This document shows, one piece after another, positions 11,801-21,304 of a stretch of 64,000 nucleotides of DNA. The notes beneath the pieces were generated by a model. The model was not told where the DNA came from and ran no database searches. It worked only from the letters and a program-made list of their open reading frames with translations. Both the position numbers and the translations under genes were made by a program. Source of the DNA: Candidatus Kerfeldbacteria bacterium (GTDB taxonomy: Bacteria; Patescibacteriota; Patescibacteriia; SBBC01; CAIJZX01); NCBI GenBank assembly GCA_963731735.1, contig CAVSWO010000002.1, positions 402,891 to 466,890 of the forward strand. The letters run 5' to 3'. The first letter of the stretch is position 1; every line of letters starts with the position of its first letter.

Positions 11801-12956
11801 GCAGTACACTTCCGGCACGACGGCGACTCTCACGGTGCCAACCGCCTTATCCAATGGCACCTATTATTGGCGCGTCCGGGCCATCGATCCGAGCGGTTCA
11901 AACGTGTATAGCAGCTATACGTCAGCCCGTTCGTTCGACACGCCGCCGGCGCTGATCTTGTCGAACATCAATGGCCTAGCCGATTCACCGACGACCGCCG
12001 TGGTGAGCTGGACCTCTTCTAACGCCGGAACCAGCACGGTGGAGTATGGGCGCACGGCAGCCTATGGGACGACCGCCATTTTGAGCGCGAGCACCACCAG
12101 CCACAGCCTATCCTTACCACAACTAGAACCGGAAGCTACGTACTTCTTCCGAGTCAGCACGACCGATAGTTACGGTCAGACTACTTCTTCGGCAAATCAA
12201 ACCTTTGTTACGCCGCGAAAATATTCACTCCGAACTCCGACACTGTTTGATCCAAGCGCCGATTCCATCACCCTTACTTCGCGTCCGATCTTTACCGGAC
12301 TCGCCCAATCCGGCAACACCATCTTTATCCTGCTGGATGGATCGATTGAAGCGACGGTCAAAACCAGCAGCAATGATTCCGGCGTTGGATCCTTTGCCTA
12401 CCGAACCCGACGCGATCTTTCACCAGGCGTGCATGCCGTCCAACTGATTGCGCGGGATGACGCGACCAATGGTATTAGCCGCACGACCGCCCGCCGATAT
12501 TTCACCACCTTTCCAGATTCGGGTCCGACTATTCTCAAACCGGCCACTGGCACAACCACTAATTCGCAATCCGTGACGGTGGCGGGAGTTGCCTGGCGGA
12601 ATCATGACGTTTTCATTTTTGTCGACGGCAGTATCGCGCAAGTCGTGAAGGCCACCGATGATGCGTCCGGGGTCGGTTCATTTGCGGCGCATCTTAAGCT
12701 TGATAATGGTGTCCATCGAATCCATGCTCGGACGCGCGGACCGGATGGGAGCATCAGCCCGGCCGGCCGTGGCATTACCGTGGAAGTTAAAGATTCAGTA
12801 CTGGTTCACGTCGTCACCAGCGGGGAATCACTCTGGTCAATTGCCAAAGACTATTTCGGCCAAGGCAGCTTGTATCCGCGGATTATTGACGCCAACCCAA
12901 CCCTGCTGAATAACCCGATCCTGCTGATCGGGCAACTGCTCAAAATTATTTTCTAA
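8853..12956 (+). CDS. giant secreted multidomain protein: GH43-like 5-bladed beta-propeller + SdrD-B/Cna-B-like + LamG/DUF2341-like + FN3/Ig-like repeats + C-terminal LysM
   Basis: Signal peptide; WAPSIVERDGTYYMFYTG glycosidase-propeller motif; GDYVWNDTNADTAQDSG; FN3-like PNSPTISSPADGAEL...YYWRVRA; C-terminal LysM (VTSGESLWSIAKDYFGQGSLYPRIIDAN). Confidence 0.8.
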   Translation: MNMKKAVFVILLLGALVWETAPIFRNFDSPPPAKAVYLTPLNNYRPKDHAIIRKDGVWHVFAIYTCIDQTPPCDTGLYGLMHLTSTDLKNWTEVGYVIPPGTSGAWDDYDIWAPSIVERDGTYYMFYTGVTDASKLIQKIGVATSTDLYTWTKSGSNPVVNCGDFSWAHYDTGTAYQAACRDPYVYWDQNQHQWVMFMSALSTDGSPTTNAPTIGIATSEDLLTWREYGHIATTDDYTAESPHVIEHGGTYYVVFTDNCSPQPCLKYVSSTNLYSGYGAQTSTGLEDNAYASEYYKDGDGREYFSRVDGTTNLNLDISQLTWTGSPFTVQEPAYGSIGDYVWNDTNADTAQDSGESGLDNVALTLYLDNGDGVFDAASDDVYATTTTGDDPNTIGTQHGYYTFSNVLPATYWVSVDPSNYAGGGALENMVPTTTASPLAVTISDSENDATIDLGFQTLGTSWSLNTPANFSLDSGLTLSNGRASPTSTSNWWNNDYRYRQQLTVTANTQTLDTTKTMILTTDLATLVSASKLQSSYNDLRLVYWDGSSNTEIPIDIINSTTVRFKVQASVTAGNTDSGYYLYFGDPNALPRSQQLADVYDYYDSFNAPDGTTYNSWEESGDTNWVISNNAFRYNATTVADRFARDTSKTVDLKNNWQLEATATINSGSIGGAGFFDVAALGTDPDHLYANFDAANDRTQFYHYDFGQVGSNTATTINTATAYRIGFGLRYLGVDSRFYASTLDGTTAGSAIESGTGYDIWYPGNNTTAHPALNTFNGNVTFDDLKGWEVHDGSVSAGSEAYIAPAVSASLQPTSASTFARLTAFGTDQIAQGGDVTYVLSNDGGTTWQYWDGSSWTSSNSTAAQSNSASTVNTNAASFAVGSGQFTWKAIFAASGDDQPTLLQVAATLNQAPNSPTISSPADGAELSVFKPVLKFSTTDSESNNLQYQVQIDTVNTFDSSGLITYTQASSQTGWSGQDASSGTQYTSGTTATLTVPTALSNGTYYWRVRAIDPSGSNVYSSYTSARSFDTPPALILSNINGLADSPTTAVVSWTSSNAGTSTVEYGRTAAYGTTAILSASTTSHSLSLPQLEPEATYFFRVSTTDSYGQTTSSANQTFVTPRKYSLRTPTLFDPSADSITLTSRPIFTGLAQSGNTIFILLDGSIEATVKTSSNDSGVGSFAYRTRRDLSPGVHAVQLIARDDATNGISRTTARRYFTTFPDSGPTILKPATGTTTNSQSVTVAGVAWRNHDVFIFVDGSIAQVVKATDDASGVGSFAAHLKLDNGVHRIHARTRGPDGSISPAGRGITVEVKDSVLVHVVTSGESLWSIAKDYFGQGSLYPRIIDANPTLLNNPILLIGQLLKIIF

Positions 12957-12980
12957 AAAAAGCTCCAGCTAGGCTGGAGC
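12955..12980 (-). terminator. rho-independent terminator (minus-strand operon; possibly bidirectional)
   Basis: gctccagc-tagg-ctggagc hairpin preceded by an A7 run on the plus strand. Confidence 0.6.
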
Positions 12981-12984
12981 GGGG

Positions 12985-13212
12985 TTAGGCGGCCGGTGGC
13001 AAATCATTGCGCTCCGGCGGTTCGATTACCGTCAGGTTCGGGCGGGGCGGGAACAGCGCGTGCCAGCCCTTGACCGATAATGCGATGGCGCCTTCGATCA
13101 TTCGGACCCAGAGTGGATTGGCCGGTTCAGGCACGGTTGGCCTGAGCGGAAATGGATAGCCGGCCGGGTGGGGATCCTGTTTGATTTTCTGAAGCGTTTC
13201 TCGCTCGATCAT
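12985..13212 (-). CDS. small hypothetical protein (75 aa)
   Basis: Internal Met with AGGAGGA 7 nt upstream. It does not overlap the GH1 gene, and a terminator follows immediately. Confidence 0.4.
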   Translation of the reverse strand: MIERETLQKIKQDPHPAGYPFPLRPTVPEPANPLWVRMIEGAIALSVKGWHALFPPRPNLTVIEPPERNDLPPAA

Positions 13213-13297
13213 GCGATCCTCCTGATCGTGAAATCGGTAAACGCGAATCCGTAACGTGCAAATCTGTCCGCACCCTAGCACAGCCCGCCCGAAAAAT

Positions 13298-14494
13298 TCA
13301 AGCCCCGAGTCCGCGCTGAATAATGTCGCGGAAAGCGTAGGCGCTGGGCCGTACTCGGCGTTCCAGGTTGGCGTAGTCAATCTCAATCAGGCCAAAGCGG
13401 GGATCAAATCCCTCGCGCCATTCAAAATTATCGATCAGGGACCAGTAAATATAGCCGCGGACATCAAGGCCAGAAGCCAACGCCTGCGAAACTTGGGCAA
13501 TATGGTCGCGAATATATCCGGCTCGCCGGGAATCTTCGGCATCGGCCAAACCGTTTTCCGTGATAATGATCGGCAATTGATACGCCCGCAGACTTTCCAT
13601 CACCAACCCGAGTCCCTTTGGATAAATCGTCCAGCCTAAGTCGGTGGTTGGCAGATGCGGCATCGGGGCTGGTGAAAAAAGCCTTTCAATCCCCGAGATT
13701 TTGAATTTGACCGGATGATAGAAATAATAATTCAAACCGATGAAATCGACCTGGGCATAGGTTTGATCCAAAAACCAACGGTTATGCCAATATTGGCTAA
13801 ACCAGGTGAGTCCGCGGTCGAGCAGATTGTCCGGCCGTAGGGGGGCAAAGTGGTTGAGATTATTTGCGACGCCAACTTTGGCGTGCGGAAAGCGGCGGTG
13901 AATAATTTGACTGGCCAGGCGATGCGCCGTTACAAAATTCCGAATCGCCGATCCGGAAGCCAAGAAGTTTTTCCGTTGCGGCGGCCAATAGCCGGAAATG
14001 TACCCGAGCGAGGTATAGACCGTTGGCTCGTTGATGGTTATCCAGTACGGGACCTGCGCTCCCAACTGATCAACCACCAATTCGACGAATCGCGCAAAGG
14101 CGTCAACGGTCCGCCGGTTCGTCCAGCCGCCGCGATCACGTATCCAAATTGGATTGGTGAAATGCCAAAGCGTCACGATTGGCTGGATCCCAAGTTGATG
14201 GAGACTGGTCAGCACTTCTTTGTAGTGCTTCAGCGCATCTTCGTTGATGACACCCGGGCGCGGTTCAATCCGACTCCATTCAACCGAGAGACGATGGGCA
14301 TTATGCCCAAGCTGCTTGGCTAAAGCAAAATCTTGATGAAAGCGTTCGTAGTGCCCGCTCGCACGACCCGAACGTTCGCCATGCCGAACCCGGCCAAGTT
14401 TTTCCCACTCCGACCAGTCATTATGGTTATTTCCTTCAACTTGGTGCGCGCTGGTGGCGGCGCCCCACAGAAAGTTATGTGGAAAATGTTTCAT
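13298..14494 (-). CDS. bglB: GH1 family beta-glucosidase
   Basis: FLWGAATSAHQVEG N-terminus, the ITINEP acid/base motif and the ITENG nucleophile motif. Confidence 0.9.
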   Translation of the reverse strand: MKHFPHNFLWGAATSAHQVEGNNHNDWSEWEKLGRVRHGERSGRASGHYERFHQDFALAKQLGHNAHRLSVEWSRIEPRPGVINEDALKHYKEVLTSLHQLGIQPIVTLWHFTNPIWIRDRGGWTNRRTVDAFARFVELVVDQLGAQVPYWITINEPTVYTSLGYISGYWPPQRKNFLASGSAIRNFVTAHRLASQIIHRRFPHAKVGVANNLNHFAPLRPDNLLDRGLTWFSQYWHNRWFLDQTYAQVDFIGLNYYFYHPVKFKISGIERLFSPAPMPHLPTTDLGWTIYPKGLGLVMESLRAYQLPIIITENGLADAEDSRRAGYIRDHIAQVSQALASGLDVRGYIYWSLIDNFEWREGFDPRFGLIEIDYANLERRVRPSAYAFRDIIQRGLGA

Positions 14495-15546
14495 GGCGAT
14501 AGAGACAGCATACCGTCGCGAATTGATTGGCGCAAACTTTCCGGAACAAATGAATTGTCCGCAAGCCGGTCGAGTAATTGTTCCCGGGCCGGCGAATCCA
14601 GCGGCAAAATTTGGCTCGAGGTGATCAACGTTGGGAGCAGCCTAACGCTGATCCGGTTCGCAGCGACGGAAAATTGCAGCAGTAACCCGTGGACCGTTTC
14701 ATCGGAAAAAAACTGGTCAAACAGAAAATTACCGAGCGAATAGGCGATAAACTTTTGTTGATATATTTCAAACGGTTCAACCACGTGCGGGTGAGCGCCG
14801 ATGATCAGATCCGCTCCGGCTTCAACCAGGGCGTGGGCATCATCACGCTGCCGATTGGTTACGCCCAGCTGGTATTCATTGCCCCAGTGAGCCATCACGA
14901 CCACGAACATTCCAGCCGCGTCAGCCTGGCGCACCTCGGATACGACCTTTTCCAGGCCACCGGATAATCCATGGTAGCCAATCAACGCGACTGGCTGGCC
15001 GCCAACCGTTTCGGTTACGGAATACCCCGGGGCATTCCGCGGGTCGCCAAAGGCGTGGAGACTCGCCTCGGCCAGGACCTGACGCGTATTGTCAAGACCA
15101 CGCTGACCGAAATTAAGCGTGTGATTATTCGCCAGGGATAGATCGGTAAAGCCCGCGGCATGGAGTACTGGCGCCAGGGCGGGATCAAAAGTAAATACCA
15201 GATGCGTGTCAGTTGCCACGCTCTCGGCGGTTGTAAAGGGGCCCTCAAGGTTCCCCACCACCAGATCACCCATTAAGTATTGATCGATAGTCGAGAACGG
15301 AAAAAGGGGATCGCGTCGATTCAGTATCGTCCGGACATACCGGTCGAGCATGATATCACCGACCGCGGTCAGCGACCAGGCGGAAGTTTCTAAACCAGTC
15401 GGTGAATGCATCAAGACGTTGCCAGGCACGCTGACCCGAACAGCCTGGTTCGTATTAGCTCCCGTGGTGCTCCAGTTGAGCACGATGACGGCACTCAAGC
15501 AGAGTACGATGACACTGACCACAAGCACACCGGTCGGCAATTTCAT
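14491..15546 (-). CDS. CapA/PgsA-family metallophosphatase (poly-gamma-glutamate capsule biosynthesis-like)
   Basis: GDIMLDR, NLEGP, ANNH, MAHWGNEY and GAHPHV motifs; N-terminal TM helix. ATGA overlap with bglB. I chose the MKLPTG start because ATGCTACACT lies 7 nt upstream. Confidence 0.75.
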   Translation of the reverse strand: MKLPTGVLVVSVIVLCLSAVIVLNWSTTGANTNQAVRVSVPGNVLMHSPTGLETSAWSLTAVGDIMLDRYVRTILNRRDPLFPFSTIDQYLMGDLVVGNLEGPFTTAESVATDTHLVFTFDPALAPVLHAAGFTDLSLANNHTLNFGQRGLDNTRQVLAEASLHAFGDPRNAPGYSVTETVGGQPVALIGYHGLSGGLEKVVSEVRQADAAGMFVVVMAHWGNEYQLGVTNRQRDDAHALVEAGADLIIGAHPHVVEPFEIYQQKFIAYSLGNFLFDQFFSDETVHGLLLQFSVAANRISVRLLPTLITSSQILPLDSPAREQLLDRLADNSFVPESLRQSIRDGMLSLSP

Positions 15547-15672
15547 ATTCAGTAGTGTAGCATGCTCGCGGGCGGGGATTGACAAACCTCCGAGGATCAG
15601 CTACGGTGCGGAGTTAGATTTTTGTTCTTTGCAGACCCGACGATTTTTCATAGAACGGACTGGAGGGAGCGG

Positions 15673-16209
15673 ATGCTGGCCAGACAGTATCGAACCGACT
15701 GCGGTGGCATCATCGAGGTGCATCCGAAGGCCGCATTTCTGCGATACGCCGATGAGAACTTTCGCTACTACTTAGTAGCCGCGATTCAGCGGATTCGTCT
15801 GCCGAACCAGGATCCGTTCGAAATCGAAATTGATTTCGGTGAGACGATCGGCAAATCGGAGTGTGTAGAAACTGCGGTCATTACTGAACAGACCGTCGTA
15901 GATTTCGCCATTCGGCGCGGCAAGCATTTCCCTTCGCGGATTGTGCTCCAGGATGCCAAACTGTCGGTCTCGAGCATGACCTTGATTGCGCGACGCCTTG
16001 AGCCCAAGCGCTTTCGCCTGGTCAGTGCGTATTTCGGCAGTTTGTCGAAACGGGAACCGTGGGACCGGACGCACACGGAGACCTCCCGGGCGGAAGCGAT
16101 CCAGTACTGGTGTCGTCACGCTCTGATCTATTCCCCGACCTGGATGCTGCCGCCGCAGCGGACGTCCTGGGCGAACATTCTGCAGTCTGCCTTGGAGCGC
16201 GATGCCTAG
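15673..16209 (+). CDS. hypothetical protein
   Basis: ORF runs 15622-16209. I chose the MLARQY start because GGAGGGA lies 6 nt upstream. No family recognised. Confidence 0.4.
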   Translation: MLARQYRTDCGGIIEVHPKAAFLRYADENFRYYLVAAIQRIRLPNQDPFEIEIDFGETIGKSECVETAVITEQTVVDFAIRRGKHFPSRIVLQDAKLSVSSMTLIARRLEPKRFRLVSAYFGSLSKREPWDRTHTETSRAEAIQYWCRHALIYSPTWMLPPQRTSWANILQSALERDA

Positions 16210-16253
16210 CGCTCCTTTTTCTTGGTAAAATGCTCATGCTATACTGAGCCGGT

Positions 16254-17234
16254 ATGCAGCAAGTAATTGTAACCGGCGGGGCCGGATTCATTGGGTCGAA
16301 TTTTATCCGTTTTGCACTCGATCGACACGCGGATTGGGAAATTTTGAATTTCGATAAATTGACCTACGCCGGCAACTTGGCAAATCTTCAGGATGTCGCC
16401 GATCATCCACGCTACCGCTTTATCCAGGGTGATATCGCCGATTCTGTCGCGGTAGCCAAAGTTTTTGCGGTTGGCGCGGATCTCGTTATCAATTTCGCCG
16501 CGGAATCCCATGTCGACCGTTCAATTACCAGCGGGGATGAATTTTTACGCACGAATGTGCTTGGCACCAACGTTCTGTTAGACGCTGCCCAGACTACCGG
16601 GGTGAAAAAATTCTTACATATTTCAACGGATGAGGTGTACGGCGATCTGCCGGCCGGCAGCTTTGCCAGTGAAACCGATCCGTTGCGCGCCTCAAGCCCC
16701 TATGCCGCCTCAAAAGCCGCCTCAGATTTACTCGTCTTGGCACACGCCCGGACGCATCAGTTACCGATCCTGATTACCCGCTGTACCAACAATTACGGCC
16801 CGTTCCAATTTCCGGAAAAAATGCTGCCACTCTTTACGACCAATCTGCTGCAGGGAAAAAAGGTTCCGGTCTACGGCGATGGCCGGCAAATTCGCGACTG
16901 GTTGCACGTTGAAGACCATTGCCGGGCAATTGACCTGGTCGTAAGCGATGGAACAGTCGGGGAGATATACAATGTCGGTGCGAATCATGATCCGGAGCGG
17001 ACGAATCTTGCGATTACCGAGCTTATTTTACGCGAACTCGGCCTCGATCAATCGATGATTGAGCATGTCACCGATCGACCGGGGCACGATCGTCGGTACG
17101 CCGTGGCGACTGATAAAATTGAAACCCTGGGCTGGCAGCCCCAAGTACCGATTGAGGATGGAATCCGCGCGACGGTCCGTTGGTACAAAAAACATCCTGA
17201 GTGGTGGCAGCCGTTAGTCCATCCAGCCTCATGA
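16254..17234 (+). CDS. rfbB: dTDP-glucose 4,6-dehydratase
   Basis: VTGGAGFIGSNF Rossmann motif, YAASKAASD catalytic motif, and TGCTATACT -10 element 8 nt upstream. Confidence 0.9.
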   Translation: MQQVIVTGGAGFIGSNFIRFALDRHADWEILNFDKLTYAGNLANLQDVADHPRYRFIQGDIADSVAVAKVFAVGADLVINFAAESHVDRSITSGDEFLRTNVLGTNVLLDAAQTTGVKKFLHISTDEVYGDLPAGSFASETDPLRASSPYAASKAASDLLVLAHARTHQLPILITRCTNNYGPFQFPEKMLPLFTTNLLQGKKVPVYGDGRQIRDWLHVEDHCRAIDLVVSDGTVGEIYNVGANHDPERTNLAITELILRELGLDQSMIEHVTDRPGHDRRYAVATDKIETLGWQPQVPIEDGIRATVRWYKKHPEWWQPLVHPAS

Positions 17235-18058
17235 GGGTGATGGTGATTGGAGCCAAAGGTATGCTCGGCCAAGCCACACTCGATGCTTGGTTTGATCATG
17301 ACGTCTTGGCCCTTGATTTGCCGCAGCTCGATATTACCGACCCGGTCCAAGTCAAACGCATAATTGCCAATCTTGCACCGCAGGTGGTTATCAATTGTGC
17401 TGCCTACACTGATGTGGACGGAGCCGAATCACACTATGATCTGGCCGACCGCGTTAACGGCATCGCGGTTGGATACTTGGCGCAGGCCTGTGACGCCCAT
17501 CGCATTCCACTCGTCCATATCAGTACGGATTATGTCTTCGACGGTACCGCAGAATCTGGCTATCGCGAGAGCGATCAACCGAAGCAGCCGGTCAACGCCT
17601 ATGGCCAGACAAAATTGCACGGCGAACAACAGCTGTTGCTACACGTCCGCCGTTTCTACTTGGTCCGGACTTCTTGGCTGTATGGACCGGGCGGAAAAAA
17701 TTTCGTGGGGACGATGCTGCAACTCGGCCGAACAAAACCAGCATTGCAGGTCGTGAATGATCAACACGGAAAACCAACCCTGACGCGTGACCTGGCCGGT
17801 TTTATCAAAAAGCTAGTCGTCGAAAAGGCCCCGTACGGGACATACCATGGAGTGAATGAAGGCTCGACGACCTGGTATGATTTTACGCGCGAGATTTTTC
17901 GACAGGCGGGCATCAACACGCCGGTCGAGCCGACCACCAGCGATCACTTCTCTCGACCTGCCAAACGACCGGCCTGGTCAGTTTTGCTTAATCTCAAACG
18001 ACCGCCATCGCGGCCCTGGACGGAAGCCTTGGCGTCCTATCTTGCAGAAATAGACTAA
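17231..18058 (+). CDS. rfbD: dTDP-4-dehydrorhamnose reductase
   Basis: MRVMVIGAKGMLG...INCAAYTDVD...YGQTK. ATGA overlap with rfbB. Confidence 0.85.
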   Translation: MRVMVIGAKGMLGQATLDAWFDHDVLALDLPQLDITDPVQVKRIIANLAPQVVINCAAYTDVDGAESHYDLADRVNGIAVGYLAQACDAHRIPLVHISTDYVFDGTAESGYRESDQPKQPVNAYGQTKLHGEQQLLLHVRRFYLVRTSWLYGPGGKNFVGTMLQLGRTKPALQVVNDQHGKPTLTRDLAGFIKKLVVEKAPYGTYHGVNEGSTTWYDFTREIFRQAGINTPVEPTTSDHFSRPAKRPAWSVLLNLKRPPSRPWTEALASYLAEID

Positions 18059-18080
18059 ATTCAGTACCCTCAGAACGTCT

Positions 18081-18815
18081 ATGAAAGGTATTATATTAGC
18101 CGGTGGAGCCGGGACGCGCTTACGGCCGCTGACGCTCGTATCTAGTAAGCAACTGCTGCCGGTCTATGATCAGCCGATGGTGTATTATCCCTTGCAAACC
18201 CTGCTCCAGGCCGGGATTAAGGATATTTTAATTATCGTGGCGCCCGATCGGGCCGGAGAATTCTTACGGGTCTTAGGATCAGGCAAAGAATTTGGCGCCA
18301 AATTTACCTATGAAATTCAAGACAAGCCGAACGGTTTAGCGGAAGCGTTCATCCTAGGCGCGAATTTTATTGATGAAGATAATGTGACCCTTATTCTGGG
18401 TGACAACCTCTTCCTTGGCCAAGAACAAGAAATCCTTGAAGCAATTACCAGCTTTGAACGAGGTGGCCGGGTGTTTGCGAAAGAAGTGTCTGACCCCAAG
18501 CGCTTTGGGGTGGTTGAATTTGATACTGACCGAAAGGTCATTTCGATCGAAGAAAAACCCAAGCAGCCGAAAAGCAACTACGCACTGGTTGGACTCTATG
18601 TGTTTGATCGAACGGTGGTTGAAATTGCCAGGCAACTGAAGCCGTCGGCTCGCGGCGAGTTGGAAATTACCGATGTGCATAAAGCCTACTTAGAGCGCAA
18701 TCAGCTAGACGTCCGAATGTATACCGGCCGGTGGTTGGACACCGGAACGTTTGATTCGTTACTTGAGGCCGGAAACGTGGTAGCCGACTGGAAGCGAAAT
18801 CAGTCGCCTACTTGA
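18081..18815 (+). CDS. rfbA: glucose-1-phosphate thymidylyltransferase (short form)
   Basis: MKGIILAGGAGTRLRPLT and the nucleotidyltransferase fold. 244 aa. Confidence 0.85.
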   Translation: MKGIILAGGAGTRLRPLTLVSSKQLLPVYDQPMVYYPLQTLLQAGIKDILIIVAPDRAGEFLRVLGSGKEFGAKFTYEIQDKPNGLAEAFILGANFIDEDNVTLILGDNLFLGQEQEILEAITSFERGGRVFAKEVSDPKRFGVVEFDTDRKVISIEEKPKQPKSNYALVGLYVFDRTVVEIARQLKPSARGELEITDVHKAYLERNQLDVRMYTGRWLDTGTFDSLLEAGNVVADWKRNQSPT

Positions 18816-20760
18816 TAACCTGGTAGGATCCCTTTTTATAGACCCACGATCCGCCCGGACCGGAGCTGAAAACCACACTGGCCAAACCCGTTTCGTAAGT
18901 TACCTGCGAGCCGTTTTGGAGCACAATTCGTTGGCCGGTGACTTCTTTTAAGTCCGCACTGTTCTTCAGGACGACCGATCCGTTATGCGCGTACACGACA
19001 CCCGCCGTCAGGTTGTTCGAAACATCAATCGCGCCATCAAGGTCAGAGGTCGTTTTATTCATTGATAACAGCATAATATAGGTGTCGGCACTGCTATTGC
19101 CGACCGCGTTACCGCCACTCAGGACTATGATCCGGCCGCTGTTCAAATCATCATCCGGATTATCAGCCACAATCGTTCCGCTGTCACTGCCGTAAGCCTC
19201 GGACAGGGTGATGGTGTTATCAATTGTCAGATTCCCTTTGACCCAGACTGTGCCAGTTAAGGTCACGTTGCCATTAATTAATACGTCACCATCATATTTG
19301 GCCGGTCCGATACTGCCACTCGAAATGGTACAACCGCTGGTGCAATCAATCGTATTTCCGTTGGCGGCCTGAGCCTCCATTTGACCTATCTGGGCGGTGG
19401 TTAAGGGGAAGCCAACCGGTTCGAGCGTGGCATTACCGGCATGACAATACGGGCCGGTATCATAGGTGGTGTTATTATTGTCGCACGGGATTGGCGCCGT
19501 GCTGCTGTCGGTGCAGGTTTCGGTGCCCGATCCAGTTGTGACTGCGCCAAGGATGTGTTGGTAACAGGCGTGTTGCTTGATATTGGTCGAATCTATGGTT
19601 TCAGAATACGCGTTACCACCGATGGCGTAACTTCCGTCGATGCAGAGTACCCCCGTGCATCCGATCTTTAAGGTTGGTGTTACACCACCCATAAACACCT
19701 GGAATGCGATATCGCAACCAGAACCCGAACAGGCGTTGGTCAGACTGGTCAGGCTACCGCCGATTTTGGCCTGACCCGATGGGTAGCTGCTGTTATCTGC
19801 ATCACGGACGGATTCCCAATATTTTGATCCGTCGGCGCCGCTGGTCTTCAAAACTAACCAATAGGTTTGCCCAGCCGTTAAGATTGGATTAATTGCCGGG
19901 GTAAAGGTGACAGTCGTCCAGCCAGAATTTTCCCAGCCCGCATACTCGACGATCGGATTTTGGAGAGTAATACCTCCGCCAGTTAGCTCACTTCCCGGCT
20001 GGCCGGAATTATCATCATACAAATAGACAGTGATAGTTGATGTCACCAACGAACTGACTTTTGCGACTTTAAACCCGAGGCTGTAAATTTTGTCAGACAC
20101 CGAGGGCACGAAACTTTGCGCCAAATAATCATCGCTTGAACCGTTAGTCCCAAAGTTCAAAGTATTGGTGGCGGGATCAGGATCGGCGGTGGCATCGATG
20201 GTCGGCGAGCCTTTGGTCAGCACCACATCACCGCTGACGGCACTTTTATCGCCGGTTACCGGGCCGCTCGAGAAAACATTACCGGTAATCAAGTTATTGT
20301 TTTTCATATCAAGCCCGCCAATTCCCGCCTGCAAGCCGTAAGAAAATGAGACATCAGCGGTTGAGGTGGTCAGCTGAACCTGCAAATGTTGGGTTGAGGC
20401 GCTAATGCCGCCCCCGACAGATCCATAGGCATCAATAGTCCGGTTGTTACCACTGCCGCTGACGGTAGTCGAAAAACTTCCGCGCCCGAACGCAACGTTG
20501 CTCTCTCCAACAAAACTTGGGTTATTCGAACAGTCAGTCGTATTGGAAGGATTATTCAGACACCAAACCGCTTTTTCAATCCCGGCCTCGGCAATGCGGG
20601 TCGCTTCTTGATCGTTGACGCGGCGGCTGGTGGTCTGGACATTCGCGTTGGAACGATCGAAAGTAGTAGCCACTAAAATTCCGATCACCGTCAAAAAGAT
20701 GATACTAAAAATCAGGGTCGAACCTGAGCGATGATTACGGATGGTTGCGGAATGTGGCAT
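18808..20760 (-). CDS. large pilus-associated protein with PilX-like N-terminal hydrophobic segment (type IV pilus tip/minor component candidate)
   Basis: N-terminal GSTLIFSIIFLTVIGILVATTF followed by 600 aa of Gly/Thr/Ser-rich beta-rich sequence. Adjacent to two pilin-like genes. Confidence 0.45.
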   Translation of the reverse strand: MPHSATIRNHRSGSTLIFSIIFLTVIGILVATTFDRSNANVQTTSRRVNDQEATRIAEAGIEKAVWCLNNPSNTTDCSNNPSFVGESNVAFGRGSFSTTVSGSGNNRTIDAYGSVGGGISASTQHLQVQLTTSTADVSFSYGLQAGIGGLDMKNNNLITGNVFSSGPVTGDKSAVSGDVVLTKGSPTIDATADPDPATNTLNFGTNGSSDDYLAQSFVPSVSDKIYSLGFKVAKVSSLVTSTITVYLYDDNSGQPGSELTGGGITLQNPIVEYAGWENSGWTTVTFTPAINPILTAGQTYWLVLKTSGADGSKYWESVRDADNSSYPSGQAKIGGSLTSLTNACSGSGCDIAFQVFMGGVTPTLKIGCTGVLCIDGSYAIGGNAYSETIDSTNIKQHACYQHILGAVTTGSGTETCTDSSTAPIPCDNNNTTYDTGPYCHAGNATLEPVGFPLTTAQIGQMEAQAANGNTIDCTSGCTISSGSIGPAKYDGDVLINGNVTLTGTVWVKGNLTIDNTITLSEAYGSDSGTIVADNPDDDLNSGRIIVLSGGNAVGNSSADTYIMLLSMNKTTSDLDGAIDVSNNLTAGVVYAHNGSVVLKNSADLKEVTGQRIVLQNGSQVTYETGLASVVFSSGPGGSWVYKKGSYQVIK

Positions 20761-21304
20761 AGAGGATATTCGTCCGGGCGAAAGCGCGATTGTTCAAATC
20801 TTTTTCGATCACCACCGTGGCCGTGGCGGCCGTGGCGTCGGCCGGTACAGCGGTAGTATAGCGAAAATAGACGTCTTTGACATGTTCGGCCACAATTTGA
20901 TCAACCGCGGTTCGACTTGAAAGCGCGTTTGGTTCGATGATGAGGCGGAGTCGAGGATTGCCGGTGACGCTGGTATCCAGGGTAATGACACCGGAATCAA
21001 TGTCAAAGCTTGCCAGTTCACCGCCCTCAATACTCGGGAGGCTAAAGACGAAGGTATCCGAATCAGATGCGTAGGCGGTGCCATTGATAGTGGCTGAGGC
21101 TAAAACATTTTTTGTTTGGCGCATGGCTTCATCCATGGCTGAAAACACCCGGACCACATTTTCACCGACATCAATCCGGCTTTGCTCGTTGCGGGTGAAT
21201 TGGTTCGTACTGACAAACAGGTTGCTGACCACTACCACAATCAACCCCAGCACGGCAATACTGATCATTAACTCTACTAAAGTGATGCCGGGACGACGAG
21301 TCAT
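20735..21304 (-). CDS. type IV pilin-like protein (prepilin-type N-terminal cleavage/methylation domain)
   Basis: RRPGITLVELMISIAVLGLIVVV is the class III signal G-(F/I)-T-L-(I/V)-E. Confidence 0.65.
   Translation of the reverse strand: MTRRPGITLVELMISIAVLGLIVVVVSNLFVSTNQFTRNEQSRIDVGENVVRVFSAMDEAMRQTKNVLASATINGTAYASDSDTFVFSLPSIEGGELASFDIDSGVITLDTSVTGNPRLRLIIEPNALSSRTAVDQIVAEHVKDVYFRYTTAVPADATAATATVVIEKDLNNRAFARTNILYATFRNHP

Noticed and set aside
9004-12641. Several minus-strand ORFs (9004-9309, 9918-10220, 10980-11345, 11445-11702, 12420-12641)
   Set aside because: Antisense shadow ORFs within the 1367-aa surface-protein gene.
12985-13386. Full 133-aa ORF overlapping the GH1 gene's 3' end
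   Set aside because: Only the C-terminal 75 aa, from the Met with an AGGAGGA SD at 13212, avoid overlap and have translation signals. The longer form is probably a shadow ORF.
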